From: Tubiluchus corallicola
Taxonomy: Eukaryota > Animalia > Priapulida
DNA: 64,000 nt
Assembly: GCA_030141605.1 (NCBI GenBank)
Contig: JAQGDQ010000144.1
Location: forward strand, 186,001 to 250,000
Reading direction: 5' to 3'
Part shown: positions 1-64,000 of the stretch, piece by piece
How positions within the stretch are numbered: position 1 is the stretch's first letter
How the letters are laid out: each line of letters begins with the position of its first letter
Notes under the pieces: generated by a model
Seen by the model: only the letters and a program-made list of their open reading frames with translations
What the model was told of the DNA's origin: nothing
Database searches by the model: none
Position numbers and translations under genes: made by a program

Positions 1-431
1 TGTAGTCATAATAATTCTTACTTAATCTGATTTTTTAAATTTTTTCCACATGTTTTGTCAGAAATTGAAATTCAACACGAAGTTCACACCATTCTTTTGA
101 AAAACTAACATGACTCATATTCCTTTCTCTGTTTTATGGTCCTCATGTACATTTAATATTGCAATTTTAAATATTAAGATAATTACTCTCTCTTTGCAGT
201 TTATGTCGGCTTTTACCTGGTTTCTTTGGTTTTTTCCACGTAGGTGGTCTATCATTTCGTGACTCTCTGTATTTATTCTCACAGTTCTTGGTATTCATCA
301 TCCTCATTTTTGGTGACATTAATCATAATAATAATAATATGTATGGCATGTTTAAGTGTTTACTTAAAAAATGCTATAATTCCAATTTATTGAATAGTTA
401 ATTTTAGGTCATATTTTTGTAATTAATTTAG

Positions 432-64000
<63,569 letters not shown>

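Overview
AT-rich animal (probably invertebrate) genomic DNA. The whole 64 kb lies inside one very large, intron-rich plus-strand gene of the twitchin/projectin/titin (connectin) family of giant sarcomeric proteins. By hand I trace 81 GT-AG exons (about 17.0 kb, about 5,670 aa) that splice into one open frame with 17 Ig (I-set) and 41 Fn3 domains; the last is cut off by the window end. No start codon, stop codon or kinase domain is in the window. From 2173 the domains form a strict 10-domain super-repeat, Ig-Fn3-Fn3-Fn3-Ig-Fn3-Fn3-Ig-Fn3-Fn3. There are five full copies of 984-987 aa and a partial sixth. This differs from the Ig-Fn-Fn core of twitchin/projectin and from the 7- and 11-domain A-band super-repeats of vertebrate titin. 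Three candidate frame-preserving micro/cassette exons (36, 33 and 72 or 39 nt) sit in introns that interrupt Fn3 loops. Introns also carry TA-flanked pogo/Tigger-like elements, a MITE with a 5-bp target duplication, two copies of another MITE, RTE LINE remnants, a tRNA-like sequence and fold-back repeats. All coordinates were read manually, and no database search was run.
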